Source: Paraspadella gotoi
Lineage: Eukaryota > Animalia > Chaetognatha
Direction of reading: 5' to 3'
Assembly: GCA_051294375.1 (NCBI GenBank)
Contig: CM119264.1
Span: forward strand, 15,092,682 to 15,156,681
DNA length: 64,000 bases
Of the stretch, positions 1 through 12,065 are shown one piece after another. The notes beneath the pieces were generated by a model. That model saw nothing but the letters and a program-made list of their open reading frames with translations, was not told the origin of the DNA and ran no database searches. The translations under genes and the position numbers were made by a program. Position 1 is the first letter of the stretch. Each line of letters starts with the position of its first letter.

Positions 1-2
1 TT

Positions 3-38
<36 letters not shown>

Positions 39-456
39 TCATTTTAATATAAGTTATCGCGCGCAATTCGTCTCCCTAATTTGAGGAGGGAAAAAGGAGG
101 GATTTTTTTTTAAAGGATAAGCTAATCAAGCGTTGACGTCAGTTGGAATATTAATATAAAGAGTTGGGTAATATCCTTCAGTCATATTTGAGTTATATCT
201 TTAATTCATCTGGAGATGGTACCGCTACTTTGATGGTGATCCATATCCTGAAGTTTTAATGTTGTTTATGCCTAGTAGAGCGTAGCGAAAGTTATGTAGG
301 AAAATTGTAAAAAATGAAAATGAAAAATGAAAATTTGTAAAAAAAAATTGTATGTTTTTAAATTTATGCAGTAGGCTATATTTATTATTTATATATAGTG
401 TAGTCGGGCATTGCCTAGGTTCACCACGCCTATTAGTATGACACTCTCAGTTGTGA

Positions 457-512
457 CCCTGTGGCTCATTGAGTCATCAGCTCATGACCACTAGGTACCG
501 GGTTCAATCCGT
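457..512 (+). mobile_element. tRNA-like SINE head
   Basis: A-box-like TGGCTCATTGAG and B-box GGTTCAATCC followed by a T-rich run. Confidence 0.35.
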
Positions 513-649
513 TTTGTTTTTTTGTTCTCATCATTACGCATTGGGGTTGTACACTTGTAGGATTAGAATTGAAATAATAACCATCCATAAGCTAATCAGA
601 ATCATAGCTTGAGAGTCCGGTCACTCGCATCATCAAGTCTCTCCATCAG

Positions 650-749
650 TATCGAGAGCCTAAATGGTTCCTCACTCGCGTCGTCGTCGACGCCGTCCAA
701 TGAGAAGACGGCCTGGAGCGGAGGCCTCGTCTGGGGATCATTATTATAA
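650..749 (+). CDS. Possible terminal coding exon of an upstream gene
   Basis: Acceptor ctctccatcag followed by IESLNGSSLASSSTPSNEKTAWSGGLVWGSLL*; exon-like composition, no recognisable domain. Confidence 0.25.
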
Positions 750-1552
750 CGGTTATGCTATCATAAAGAATGAGATAAGCGTTCCCTTTCACTTCTCTTT
801 CGGGAGCCGTACGACGAGGAGGGAGCGTCGCGAGAGGGAATTGGTGGAAGGGTTGAGGTGGCAGTTCTAACGCTTGATTTGTGGTTCGTTCGTGTAGCGG
901 TTCGTTGCTGTGTAGGGGGCGGTGGGCGCAAATGCATCGCACAATTACGTGCGCATTGACTTTTAAAAAACTAAGTGAAACAAGAAGGTCCCAGTTCATA
1001 TGGAGTTTTTCTCCTGACCCGATTTAGAATATAATCCTATCGCTCAACATCTTATGATTTCATCGCCCACGAACAGAGGATTGAGGTAATTTTGAGTCAT
1101 TGCGTGGGGAGGCACAAGGCAGCCTGAGCCATCGACCCGAACGTGGGCGCCTCTTCTTTGCGCAGGTAGATTATTAATTTATTTTAAGAAACTGACCATA
1201 ACTAGGCTCCTGGTCAAAACGAAAATAAATTACAATATGTTATTTATTTCTTAAATAAGAACAGTCGACAAAGGACTGTTGCTCTTTGGCTTTTGGCGCC
1301 TCTAGCGAGACTTTTGTATTAAAAATTCCTAAATTGATCATAAGGAAAAAAAGGGGAAAAAAAAACCAAAAAGGAGGAAAAACGAAGCGAGTCTGAAAAC
1401 TGGAAAAGAGGATGAGGAAGAAGTCGACGTTGGACAACAACAATAACGACAACAACAACGTCGAGACCCGAGCAGAAAAGAAAACGTATTCTCAAAGTTT
1501 TTTCGTGCGTAAATAGAGAGAAATAAAAAGAAAATGGAAAGAAAGAATGATG

Positions 1553-1579
1553 GAGAGAGAGAGAGAGAGAGGAGAGAAG

Positions 1580-1660
<81 letters not shown>

Positions 1661-1692
1661 CCGGGGACAGAGAGAGAAAAGCAAGAGAGAGA
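1553..1692. repeat. (GA)n/(TC)n microsatellite, representative of many: 3335-3525, 10740-10819, 15558-15837, 19125-19220, 29582-29710, 42210-42330, 45448-45535, 49830-50052, 54015-54073
   Basis: Visible dinucleotide tracts; they generate the ERERER/LSLSLS pseudo-ORFs. Confidence 0.97.
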
Positions 1693-2598
1693 GTGACGAA
1701 TGAAACCGTGACCAGATCGCAAATTACTGCGCGGGATCGTTTGTCGATGTTTTATTGCCCATTTTATTCGCTTTATTGGTCTTTGGTAGAACACAATTTA
1801 AAAATGTCTTTCCAATATTATTTTTTCGCCCATAAAAAATAAACTCCGCTGAATTAGGATGAGGAAGATGATTGGGTAAAAGCAAGGATCGGAAAAGAGG
1901 AGGCGGGAAACGAGATAAAGTATATAGCTATTCATATTTTATAAATTGTATCTAAATAGTGCCTATGACTAATTGACTATGCCTATGACTTCCGCTAGCG
2001 CCGGGGATAACGTGCGTTTTTAGGTTTTTAGGCAAGAACCCTGTTGACAACGGAAGGACGGCCCGCTAAGTCCTCAACGTACGTTTCATACGTTTCATTC
2101 GTACGTTTTATTCATAAGTTTCATTCGTACGTTTCATTCGTACGTTTCATACGTTTCATAATCATTTCGGCTTGCATTGTAGATGAGAAAATCATTATTT
2201 TTTTGGTCTTGGCTTGCGAAGTTAAGGAGTTTTTATGCAAATAAATGACCAAGTTAATGTAGCACTAAATGATTGTATAAGAAAAATATTTGAGATGGAG
2301 AAGTATTCGAATTCTACAATCTTTCCATAAAAGACAATCAAAGTTCTACGAAAATTTTCATACAAATAATGAAGTTCTCTTGTACATACAAATTTTTCTA
2401 CAACCTAACGTTACTCTCATATTTATTTCTCCTGTATTGTTTGTTGTAATGATTGTTGTTATGTGCTTCTGTATCATTAACTTGATATGAATAAAAACAC
2501 CTCATAAAAATAAAATAAAAATTACAAATTTTTTATTTTAGTTTTTATTAATTTAGAGAGAGTTTGAGTTTAGATACAATGACTTATTTAAAACAATT

Positions 2599-2632
2599 GA
2601 TATGTTTCGACTTTTTTTCAAGTCTTCATCAA
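2599..2632 (-). ncRNA. Degenerate hammerhead motif
   Basis: Minus strand TTGATGA-A-GACTT-GAAAAA-AAGTC-GAAA-CATATC; C3->U and stem III mutations. Confidence 0.4.
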
Positions 2633-3330
2633 CACTTCTGTCTTCATCTTTTAGAAGTCTTCGAAATATTGCATTTTCCTTAAAAAAAACTAAGATTAAA
2701 ATTTGGTAATTTTTTCTTCAATTGTTATGGCAAGTCACTTGATCACACTTGAGGGGAAATTTTTTTTAAATTCCTCGTAAACACGTGAAACCTACCTTGA
2801 CGACATCTTCTGCGTCTCATTCAAAGAGAGCTAACAACGTTCGACTCTCTCTCTCTCTGTTTTAACGGTTAATACAATTCGTCGATTTTCCTTCGGCGAA
2901 ATCAATTTTGAACGTTCGCCTCGGAGACTTGCCTGTAACTGTTTCATGTTTCGCTTTAAAATTCAAAACAACAAAAAGAATAAAATTTTAGCCCGAATTC
3001 CTTACACGATGACCTTATTCTCTTGACGTTTGCCATACCCTATTCGAACTTACTTTTTAAACTTCCTTAGCTTCTTTCTCAGAGTGAATTAACCGAGGTT
3101 TTTTCGCCGCTTGACTTTACTGCTCCGCTGCGCGACACACTGAAAATAAAAGAGCAAAAAAAAAGGAAGAATTAGTTTTTCTCTGCGCTTTTATTTTACG
3201 GTTATTTCGCGTCATAAACCGACTTCTCGTTATGCGCGAACCGGGCCGATGATTTCCCCTCGAATTGAGGCAAGGCGAGGGAGAAGGAAGGGGGAAGGTA
3301 GTAGGAGTTTGAAAGATGCGGAAGGGAAGG

Positions 3331-3402
<72 letters not shown>

Positions 3403-3405
3403 GAA

Positions 3406-3500
<95 letters not shown>

Positions 3501-3840
3501 AGAGAGAGAGAGAAGAGAAGAGAGAGCGGAAGTTGCGACTAAGAAATGCCTCCGAGGTGAAATGAAGAACCGTGACGTGAAATTTGGAGTCAGAAAAAAA
3601 GTTTCGCAAGAAAGAAAAGAAAATTGAGTGAAAGAGAAGCTCGAGTTACGAAGGGAAAAAAAAAGAATTGACAGAAAATCTCACGTAGTAACTAGAGATA
3701 AAAAAGCGGATGTACACTATAAACATATGTCTTTATGCAAGCAAACTGCAATCAAAAAAAAGAAAGAAATATAATTTTGACAAAGGACCGAGCGGAGAGA
3801 AAAAAAATCACCGAGATGCTCACTTAGCGCAAAAAGAATT

Positions 3841-3872
3841 TACAGTCATGTGCAAAAAAATCGCGCCACTTT
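3841..3872 (+). mobile_element. Tc1-like terminal repeat, single end; related end at ~61468-61510
   Basis: TACAGTCATGTGCAAAAAAATCGCGCCACTTTAT versus TATAGTCATGTGCAAAAAAA..CGCGCCACTTTAT, each followed by an AT-rich body. Confidence 0.45.
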
Positions 3873-6248
3873 ATTTCAGACTTTAAAAATCACCCTCTAT
3901 ACTTGAAAAATTGTAAAAGTGAATTAAAAGTTTATTGAAAGATGATGAGTTTGGCTTAATTTTTTATTAAAATTGGGTCATCCATTTAGGAACAGGGATT
4001 TTTTAAAATGAAGTACTCTACTGTAAAGCTGAATGTGAAAAAATATTTTCTTATATTTTACATTTTTTATAGTAGATTAAAAATTTTTAAAAAATACGCT
4101 GGACATCGAGAGGAATAGCTGGATAACTGGATTGCCCCAGTTTCTCAAATAATAATCTTAAGCTTATTGAAACATACGATAAAAGATAGGTCAATGATTC
4201 TAAAGCTTTTAAATAAAAGTTGATTCTCTCGTTTTGTTTTAGAACACTCAAGTTTAAAAAATTATATCTCTTGAACTACTTGACCGATTGGAATAAAATT
4301 TAAATATATTAATTCCTTTTTTAAAAATGTCTTTAAAGAGCGTTTGGAATTTAAAGTTTTAAAGTGGTGTATGAGTGTAGATTCAACAACTGTCAAACTT
4401 GTGGAAGTTAGCATATCATAAAGCATGGCGGGCAAGGAAGAGGCAGGCAGGCAAGGCAAGTGAAAGCCTTTAAAGAGAACAGGGTGATGAGGTGAAGTTA
4501 AGAGAAAGAGAGAAAGGTCCTCGACTGGATGACATGAGACAGTGAGTCATAAATAAAACGGTGAGATAAAGGAAGGCAATGAGATCATCCTTTTTTTTTT
4601 TTTTGATTAACGATGTTTTTTTATCGTTTTGCTCTGACTTTCCTTTTCGATTTTTTAAATCGTTAAATTTTTTTGTGTACAAGCCAACGTTTTTATTTTT
4701 ATCCTTAATTCATCACTAGCCAAATAAAAACATTTAAAATTAAAAAAAATATGTCGTTTCATGTAAACTTTCTATTTAAATATATCTAAATTTGTAATTT
4801 TTTCCATTCGCGGGAGAATCTATATTTTCTTTGCTTTTCCAGAATGTTTATATTTTTGTTTCCTTTTTTTTTCATTTCCCTTTTTTTTTTCTCGGTCTTC
4901 CGCCGCCGCTTTCGCAAATCAATCAAAAAGTCGCTGAACCGAAAGGAAAAAAAGGGAAACTGACAAAAAATAACAGCAGAAACGGAAATCGCGCGCATAT
5001 TTGATCCGAGAGCCGAGAGCCGAGAGCCGCGGTTTGAATCAAGAAAGGGAGAGTGTGGGAGAGCGGGGCCGGGGGAGAGAGATAGAGAGAGAGAGAGGAA
5101 GAAAGACATTATTCCTTTACCGTTTTTATCCAGAATCAGGTGACGTCACCGATATTTTTTCGTCAAACAGCGCCGATTGCGTCATATTAACGATTACGTT
5201 TCCATCGACGTCAATAATCCTACTTTGACGTCATGGATTAAATGTTGTCTCATCGATGACTACAGACAAAACTTCGTTATCGCATTTCTTTGTTTGTAAA
5301 GTAAAACAAACAAACCGAAGGCACGCTCTAGCCTCTAAACAAATAAATAATAACCGTCGTTAACGATATAAATCTCGGTCGTCAACCCGATTCTTTTTTT
5401 ATCTTCCAGCGAAAACTCATTCGTAAAGAATCTCACGTTTTTCGACGTCGTATAAATTGAAGGGAGCGGGGGGGGGGGTTAGGAAGAGAGGCTGAAGGTT
5501 GCTCGGGGGGAACGAGAGCTGTAAAGAGGCCCGAGGGGCGGTGGCTGATGTTGTTTGAGGCTGGATTCGTTAAAAGGGACGTGGGAGATCCGAGCTTGGA
5601 GCCGTCCACGTCTAGAGCGAGTAAAATAGAGAGAAAGACTTTTACTCCGTCGGTCCATCCTACAAGGGACTAATTTGACTAGTGAAAGATATCAAGATTT
5701 TAGCATTGGGAGGTTTCCAATTCAATGTCGGATGATTGCAACGAGACAGCGTCNNNNNNNNNNGAGAAAGAGCGCTATTCAATTCAATTCTGTTTTGCGT
5801 TGATCAGTCAATTTTCTGCTTGTCAACTCTTCTTATATGAAACGGTCACTGCGGCGCTGAGCAGGCGTCAATTTCAAAGGCTTAGTTCAAAGCTTTTTAG
5901 TTTAATTAATATAAGTGGAGATAGTTTTCTGTTTTATTAGGGAGTGACTGAGAGAGAACGAGAGAGAGGAGAGAGAGTAGAGAGAGAGAGAGAGAGAGAG
6001 ATATGTCGAATACGACAGAGGAACAAAAGATGAATAAATTTGAAATGAAGCGACCAGAGTATGCTCCAAGCCAAGTCGGGGGGAAAAAAAATTTCATTTC
6101 GAATCTTTTATTCCGGGAGAAACAAGAACCGACGACTGCAACAAAGGAACTTTTGTCAAAGATCTTAATTGAAGAATGGATTCGGATTTCGTTGCGGCTT
6201 TTCTTTTCTTCTTCAGCTTAGCGTTTCTCTCTAATCTCCATCCTTCGC

Positions 6249-9200
6249 TTATTTCTCCTCCATTTTCTCGATTTCCTCCACCATCTCGTTCACCACTCTG
6301 CCCACCAATTCAACCATCCTTGCTCGCTCCGTCGCACCCTCCACTTCCCCCGGCGCCACCACCACGTCGTCGGCGTTGGCGTTGCTGTTGGCGGCTTTGT
6401 TGGCGGCGATGGGAGCGGCGGTGCCGGCGTTGGAGAGAGGAGCTTGCGCTATCATGTCTTTAATATCCCACAGGCCTTTGGTGGTTTTTTCCTCGGCAGC
6501 GGGGGCGGTTGGCGCGGTGGTGGCAGCAGAGGCAGTGGAGGCAGCTCCGGTGGAACCTTCGGTTGCTACGCTGCCGGCTGCAGAACTTTTGTCTTCGGCA
6601 TCGCTCGGTTTTATAGCGACCATCGTCGAACAGTTCACGCATATATTCCTAGAAATATAAATCGTTTTTACCGTTGCCCCCGATCGATAACGGTCAAAAT
6701 TGTTACTAATTAATTGTTTTCGATTGATGAAGACTGAAGAGTGGGTGTGGGTTTTTGAATGAAAATAAAATGACGAGAATTAATTAAAGAAGAAAGACAT
6801 CTAAGATTATAACTACGAATGTGTTGAGACGGAATTCGTGAGTGTCGACAGAACACATCTTAAGAATCGTCACCACTCACTGGTTCCCTTCCTGAACGAA
6901 AGGATTGTCCCTGAGTTGATCCGTGCAGATATCGCACTTGAGGCAGTCCTCGTGAAAGCGTCGAGACTCCACTTGCAGGTATTGCGATCCCGGAGAGATG
7001 GATTCGCCGCACGAGGCACACCTGGAACGGGTCGCCGTCATTCGAAGAGGAGAGAATAAGAAGCAGACGACCCAAACCGAAACTCACCTCTCGGAAAACT
7101 TGTCGTTGTAGCAGGGGACGCAGAGAGTTCGGTTGTCGCGGAAAACGAAGGGAGTTTTTCCGAGGATCGCGTCACAACCCGCGCATTTGAAGCAGGAATA
7201 GTGGAAGGGATGATTGCGATGTCGGACGCCGCCTTCGAAGATCGGCTGCGGCCAAGACGTGGGGAACGGTTATCGGGGGGAGGGTGGAGGCAATGGAGAA
7301 ATCAGTTCGACAAGAACCTCGAATCTGCTTGGACTACCAATGTGCTACGTCAAGTATAAAATATTGAGTCTTGATTATTGTAAATAACTTTATTGATTTA
7401 CTTAACCCCTGAAATTGTACAATTTCTTTTCCAATTTTGTAAAAATTTTTTTCCGTCTATATAACTTTTCCTTCTTACTAGGAGGATTTGTCTCTTACTT
7501 TTTCTGCTATGAGCATTTTCACTCTATTTTCTATAGAAATTTTCTCTTCTGTCTGCACCCACTAGATCTTCACTTACATTGCTTTACACAAAATAGCAAA
7601 TTTTAGTCTTAATAAACTACAGGGCGGTACAAACAAAAGAGCATTTTTAAAATTAAAATAGCAATAAAATTTATTTGAAGTATATCTACTACTGGTTTGA
7701 ATCTTTTTTTCTCTAACAAAAGAACAGTCCCATTAAATTTTTTCTATGTTTTTACCCTATTCTAGTTTTACAAAGAAGGAAGCTTTTAGTAATACAAAAG
7801 GACATTCAAAATAAACTTTATCTGCACTCACTAGATCTTCACTTGCACCTGGTCTTCAACAAAATAGCAATTTTTTTTAAACCTTTATTATTTTAAATCT
7901 TTTTAAAAATGTTTTTAAATTTTTTTTAACATGTGTTTTTTTCTTATTCTATTTTATTTTATTCTATTTCTTATTTCGTATTGATCAAAGCATTTTAATC
8001 ATATATATTTATTTTGATTTATAAAATATTTTTGCAAGTACCAAAATGTTATTAGTGCCGCAGTAACAGTTTAGTTTAAGCCCTTGAGAGTGATTTACAT
8101 GTATTGGCGCAGCCACTGGTTCTTTGGGAATGTCCCTTATTCAATGTTTATAACAACTTGCAAACCTCGCTGCATCGCGTGCATTTCTCGGCGACGTATT
8201 TCTGGAAACACTCGACGCAAAATCGTCGGTTTCCGTTGACGTAGAATCCGGTGATGCCAGCCAAATTCTCTTTCTTGCACTCATTGCAGACGAAGCAGCT
8301 CACGTGATAAGCTGACATGAACGGGTGAAAAGTTTTTTAGCATCAATACTATTGCTCTTTTCAACAGTCATTCGCTCGCTGCACACGAAATGGCTCACGT
8401 GATATGATGGGGAAAACAATTTTCAAAGTATTTTACCAATACAGGGAGTGATTCAAAACTTAGAAAATCCGTATTATAAAAATACATTCAATAACTTTTT
8501 GCCTATAACATCCGATGGTAAATACTATTCTAAGATTCGAATCACTAATCTGTACATCTGTAAAGTGTACATTTCTTCTGTTTAATCGTCCTTATCTTTA
8601 AATTTCCTCCATTCGCGAGACATTATTCTTTTTTCTCTTAGATAATTGACTCACGTTTTTGTTTATAAACAGTCCTGGGCTGACCACGTTCCATAGCCCC
8701 GTTGCATTCGCCGCATTTCAAATCCTAAATTCGTTAGCTTGAACTTAAAAGTCAATTGATTAATCTCGGCACATGGGGAAAGATCCGTGCTAGTTTTTAC
8801 CTTGTCCGCAAGAGGAACGGAAGAAGCAGCAGGGGCAGCAGGAGAGTCAGCGGTGACCGCTGCTGTGCTTTCTTCCTTGGCGGTTTCCTTGGCGGTTTCC
8901 TTGGCGGTTTCCTGATTTACATTTGATTCGGCGTTGAAGGATCTTGCGCCGCCGTATGAAGCCATCGGATCTACAGCAACTTTGTAAGAATGTCGATCCG
9001 AGGCCAAGGCTGCCGCACTGTTCATGGGCGTTTGTCGGACCAACGTGGACGCAGAAACGCAACTGAAAGTACCTGATGCGTCGTCTTTTGATTTCGGCGC
9101 CTCCTCGAAGTAAGAATAAAAATTTTTCACAGCAGGGGTCTTTCTTCTCTAAAATTATTGCATCGTATTTTTCTCCTAAAGAACACGTTCAGTTATTTTT

Positions 9201-10318
9201 TTTTTCACCATGTCCGCGACGGCCGCTGCTGGGATAACAGGGACGTGAGCGGATTCCGCTGCGGTGCTTCCTTCTTTGGCGCTCTCCTGATTTACATTTA
9301 ATCCAGCGTTGAGAGAGTTTTCGACGCTAAGGTCAGCCGCACGATCGATGACGACGTCGAAGGACTGTCGAACCGACGGCGCTGTCGCCGATGCGCTAAG
9401 AGCAGACTTCGGAGTTGTTGCTGGAATCGATTTAGACGCGGTAGGGGCGTTAAACGCGCCGGCGACGTCATTGGTGGATGCGTTATCTTTCGTTTGTGGC
9501 GCCGCCCGAGTATTAGAGGAATTTTCCTCGCAATCGGGAATCTCTTTCCTTTCCTTGTCGCTGGGATCTTTCTTTTTCGGCGCGTCGGAAGAAACGGTTC
9601 CCGTCGACAGAGTTTTTTCCGCAGGCTCTTTAGTCGACTCCGCAACGCTTGAAAGCGGCGCCGCTTTCGTCCCGAGGTCACGGGGCGCGTTCCAATCGAT
9701 GATCGTCGAAAGGTCGCTGCATCGATTCAGGTTGCGTCCGGCTGAGTCGCCGCGGAGACTGCCGCCGTCGAAATCCGCCACGCTTCCACCGAAACCCGAC
9801 ACCGCGGCGTTGGCGGAGCCGATGCGAGCGTTGGCCAAGTTAACGGCGACATTGGCGCTGTTCAGGGCAACGTTGGCGCTGTTCAAAACGACGTTGGCCT
9901 TATTGACGGCGGCATTGGCTTCGTTGACCGCGATGTTGGCCTCGGCGACGGCGGAGTTGGCCTCCTCCAGCGCCTGAGAAGCTGCAGCGGCGGAGACCGC
10001 AGAGACGGCGGAGGGAGCGGAGGGAGCGATGGAACGATTGGCGTTCGACGTTCGCGTCCTGGGAGAATCGCATTCAACGTTTTAATTCAACGTTTTATTT
10101 AAACGTTTTAAATTCCGTCTCTTCGACTAACCGATCCTGATTCGGTTGACATTCTACGCTTCGCTCCAAGGGAACTGCGGCTGAGACGACGCCGGTGCTG
10201 GTCGATCCAACTTTGGAAGTAAGAAAGCGATCGAAGTTAAATTTCCAGAACTTAAAACTTGAGACTAAAGAATTAAACCGAGATCTAAAGACAAACCGGA
10301 ATCGCCTTCGGCCTCCAT
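6249..10318 (-). CDS. Three-LIM-domain protein (FHL/Limpet-like LIM array) with long low-complexity N-terminus, 9 exons, 737 aa
   Basis: Phase-consistent GT-AG exons 10318-10297, 10210-10132, 10058-9209, 9148-8801, 8724-8655, 8311-8166, 7245-7088, 7021-6881, 6648-6249 (2214 nt). LIM1 CGECNGAMERGQPRTVYKQKPYHVSCFVCNECKKENLAGITGFYVNGNRRFCVEC; LIM2 CTRCSEPIFEGGVRHRNHPFHYSCFKCAGCDAILGKTPFVFRDNRTLCVPC; LIM3 CASCGESISPGSQYLQVESRRFHEDCLKCDICTDQLRDNPFVQEGNQNICVNC. All fit C-x2-C-x16-23-H-x2-C-x2-C-x2-C-x16-21-C-x2-C and resemble FHL2 LIM2-4. Confidence 0.9.
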
Positions 10319-10779
10319 TTTGTTCTTTGACGAGACTCTGGCGGAAATCTTAATATTCGAAACGCTGAAAAAAAAAATTTAAAAAAATAAAAAAAATTCT
10401 AAAAAAGTTACGAAAAACCCTATCCCTTACAGATAGACGAGATTTTTTTTCAAAATCCTTTTTTGTTTAGTACTGAAATGGCAGACGATTGAATTAATTC
10501 AGGATATAATTTTCAACGAGCGTTTCATCATGGATATTGGATAATGGATGATTGTGATCATGGGCGATTACACACCAATGGCCGTGAATAAAACGCGTCT
10601 GTTTGGTTTTGTTTTGCTTTTTGGCTTTTTGCCAAAAATTAATTCACAAGTATATCTTCACAATCACAAAACAAATTTAGATGTACATTTTAGTATGATA
10701 TCGGAGAGAAGAAAGGGAATGGGTAGAAGGAAAAAAAAAGAGAGAGAGAGAGAGAGAACGAGAGAGAGAGAGAGAGAGC

Positions 10780-10821
<42 letters not shown>

Positions 10822-11957
10822 TTTGTTGGTATTCCCATAAATGTGAAGAAATATCGAAAAATGGATGAATTTCTAGAATCCATTAGTTTCTGCGACTGTG
10901 ACTGAGCCGAAAGGGAAGATTCTTTCTTTTTCCCTTCAGAATTCCTCTTTTCTCTTTTCCCCTTTTTTTTACTTTTTATCTTATGTTTGTTCTCGCAATC
11001 GCCGTAATCTTTTCTTTGCCTTTACAAGTTTACACCGTCTTCTCTTCCGCGATAAATACAGAAATGCAAACCCTTTAATGATGGTAGAAAATACCTTGTC
11101 TTCTAAAAGTTATTGTTACATAAATAAAAAATGTATAATAAACGGAAAAAATAATTTGATAATTGCAACACAATATCAATATAATAAATTTCAGGTGAAA
11201 ACTCGGTAGACATAACTTGCATCACTTTCACTTCAGTTTTCTCCTTTTTTATTTTACGTATAATCTTCTTGCATTTTTGACCTCTTTACTCTCTTAATAC
11301 AATACTGTGGAAAAAAATAGTTTTTTCTTAATTAATATTTTCTTAATCATATTTACGGTTGCGGTATCTCTGAATCAATCAATCAATTAATCGAAGAGAA
11401 GTATTTTAAATCATGAGTAATAATTTTTTTGGTATCAGGTTGACAAAAATTGAAATTTTCGAAACTCAATTAGCCAGAAGAAGAGAAAAACTGAAATGGC
11501 GCATTTCTATTCATAGTCAAACTCTTACATACGTGGATGTAATTTTTTTATTGGCTTTAATAAACATTTTTTTAGATCAATATTCAATTTTAAACTCTCG
11601 CCCTCGAGATATCGAATTGTTAATTCCGAAAACAGTTCCAACGAGTTCCGGTCATAGCTAACTTTCTATTTGTCTAGTTTCTTAAGCTTCGGGCTGACCA
11701 AGTGCAATTAATTACTTTCTCTCCGTCACTCTCTCTGGCTCTATCCCGCTTTCTCTCTCCTCTCTCTCTCCCTCTTCTCTCACTCTCCTCCCCTTCTTCC
11801 CTCCTTCTCTTCTCTCAATCTTTGTGTCTCGAATTGAACTGTCATGTCGAGTGAGGAATCGATTCATCAGCGGCGGCGGAGAAGGACAAGTGATTGGCAA
11901 CATCTTGAACTTACCGAGAAAATATTCCAATGAATACTGAAAGAGAGGGAGAAATAG

Positions 11958-12048
<91 letters not shown>

Positions 12049-12065
12049 ACGAAAGAAAGAAAGAA
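11958..12065. repeat. (GAAA)n microsatellite; also 44797-44891, (GGAAA)n 39988-40054 and (GTC)n 3-38 and 21010-21074
   Basis: Visible simple tandem repeats. Confidence 0.95.

Noticed and set aside
1319-3627. ORFs rich in ERERER / LSLSLS (also near 10.7, 15.5, 29.6, 42.2, 45.4, 49.8 kb)
   Set aside because: Translations of (GA)n/(TC)n microsatellites, which lack stop codons.
9309-9977. 222-aa plus-strand ORF and similar antisense ORFs over GC-rich exons (6376, 30524, 36200, 38698)
   Set aside because: Shadow frames of real coding exons on the opposite strand.
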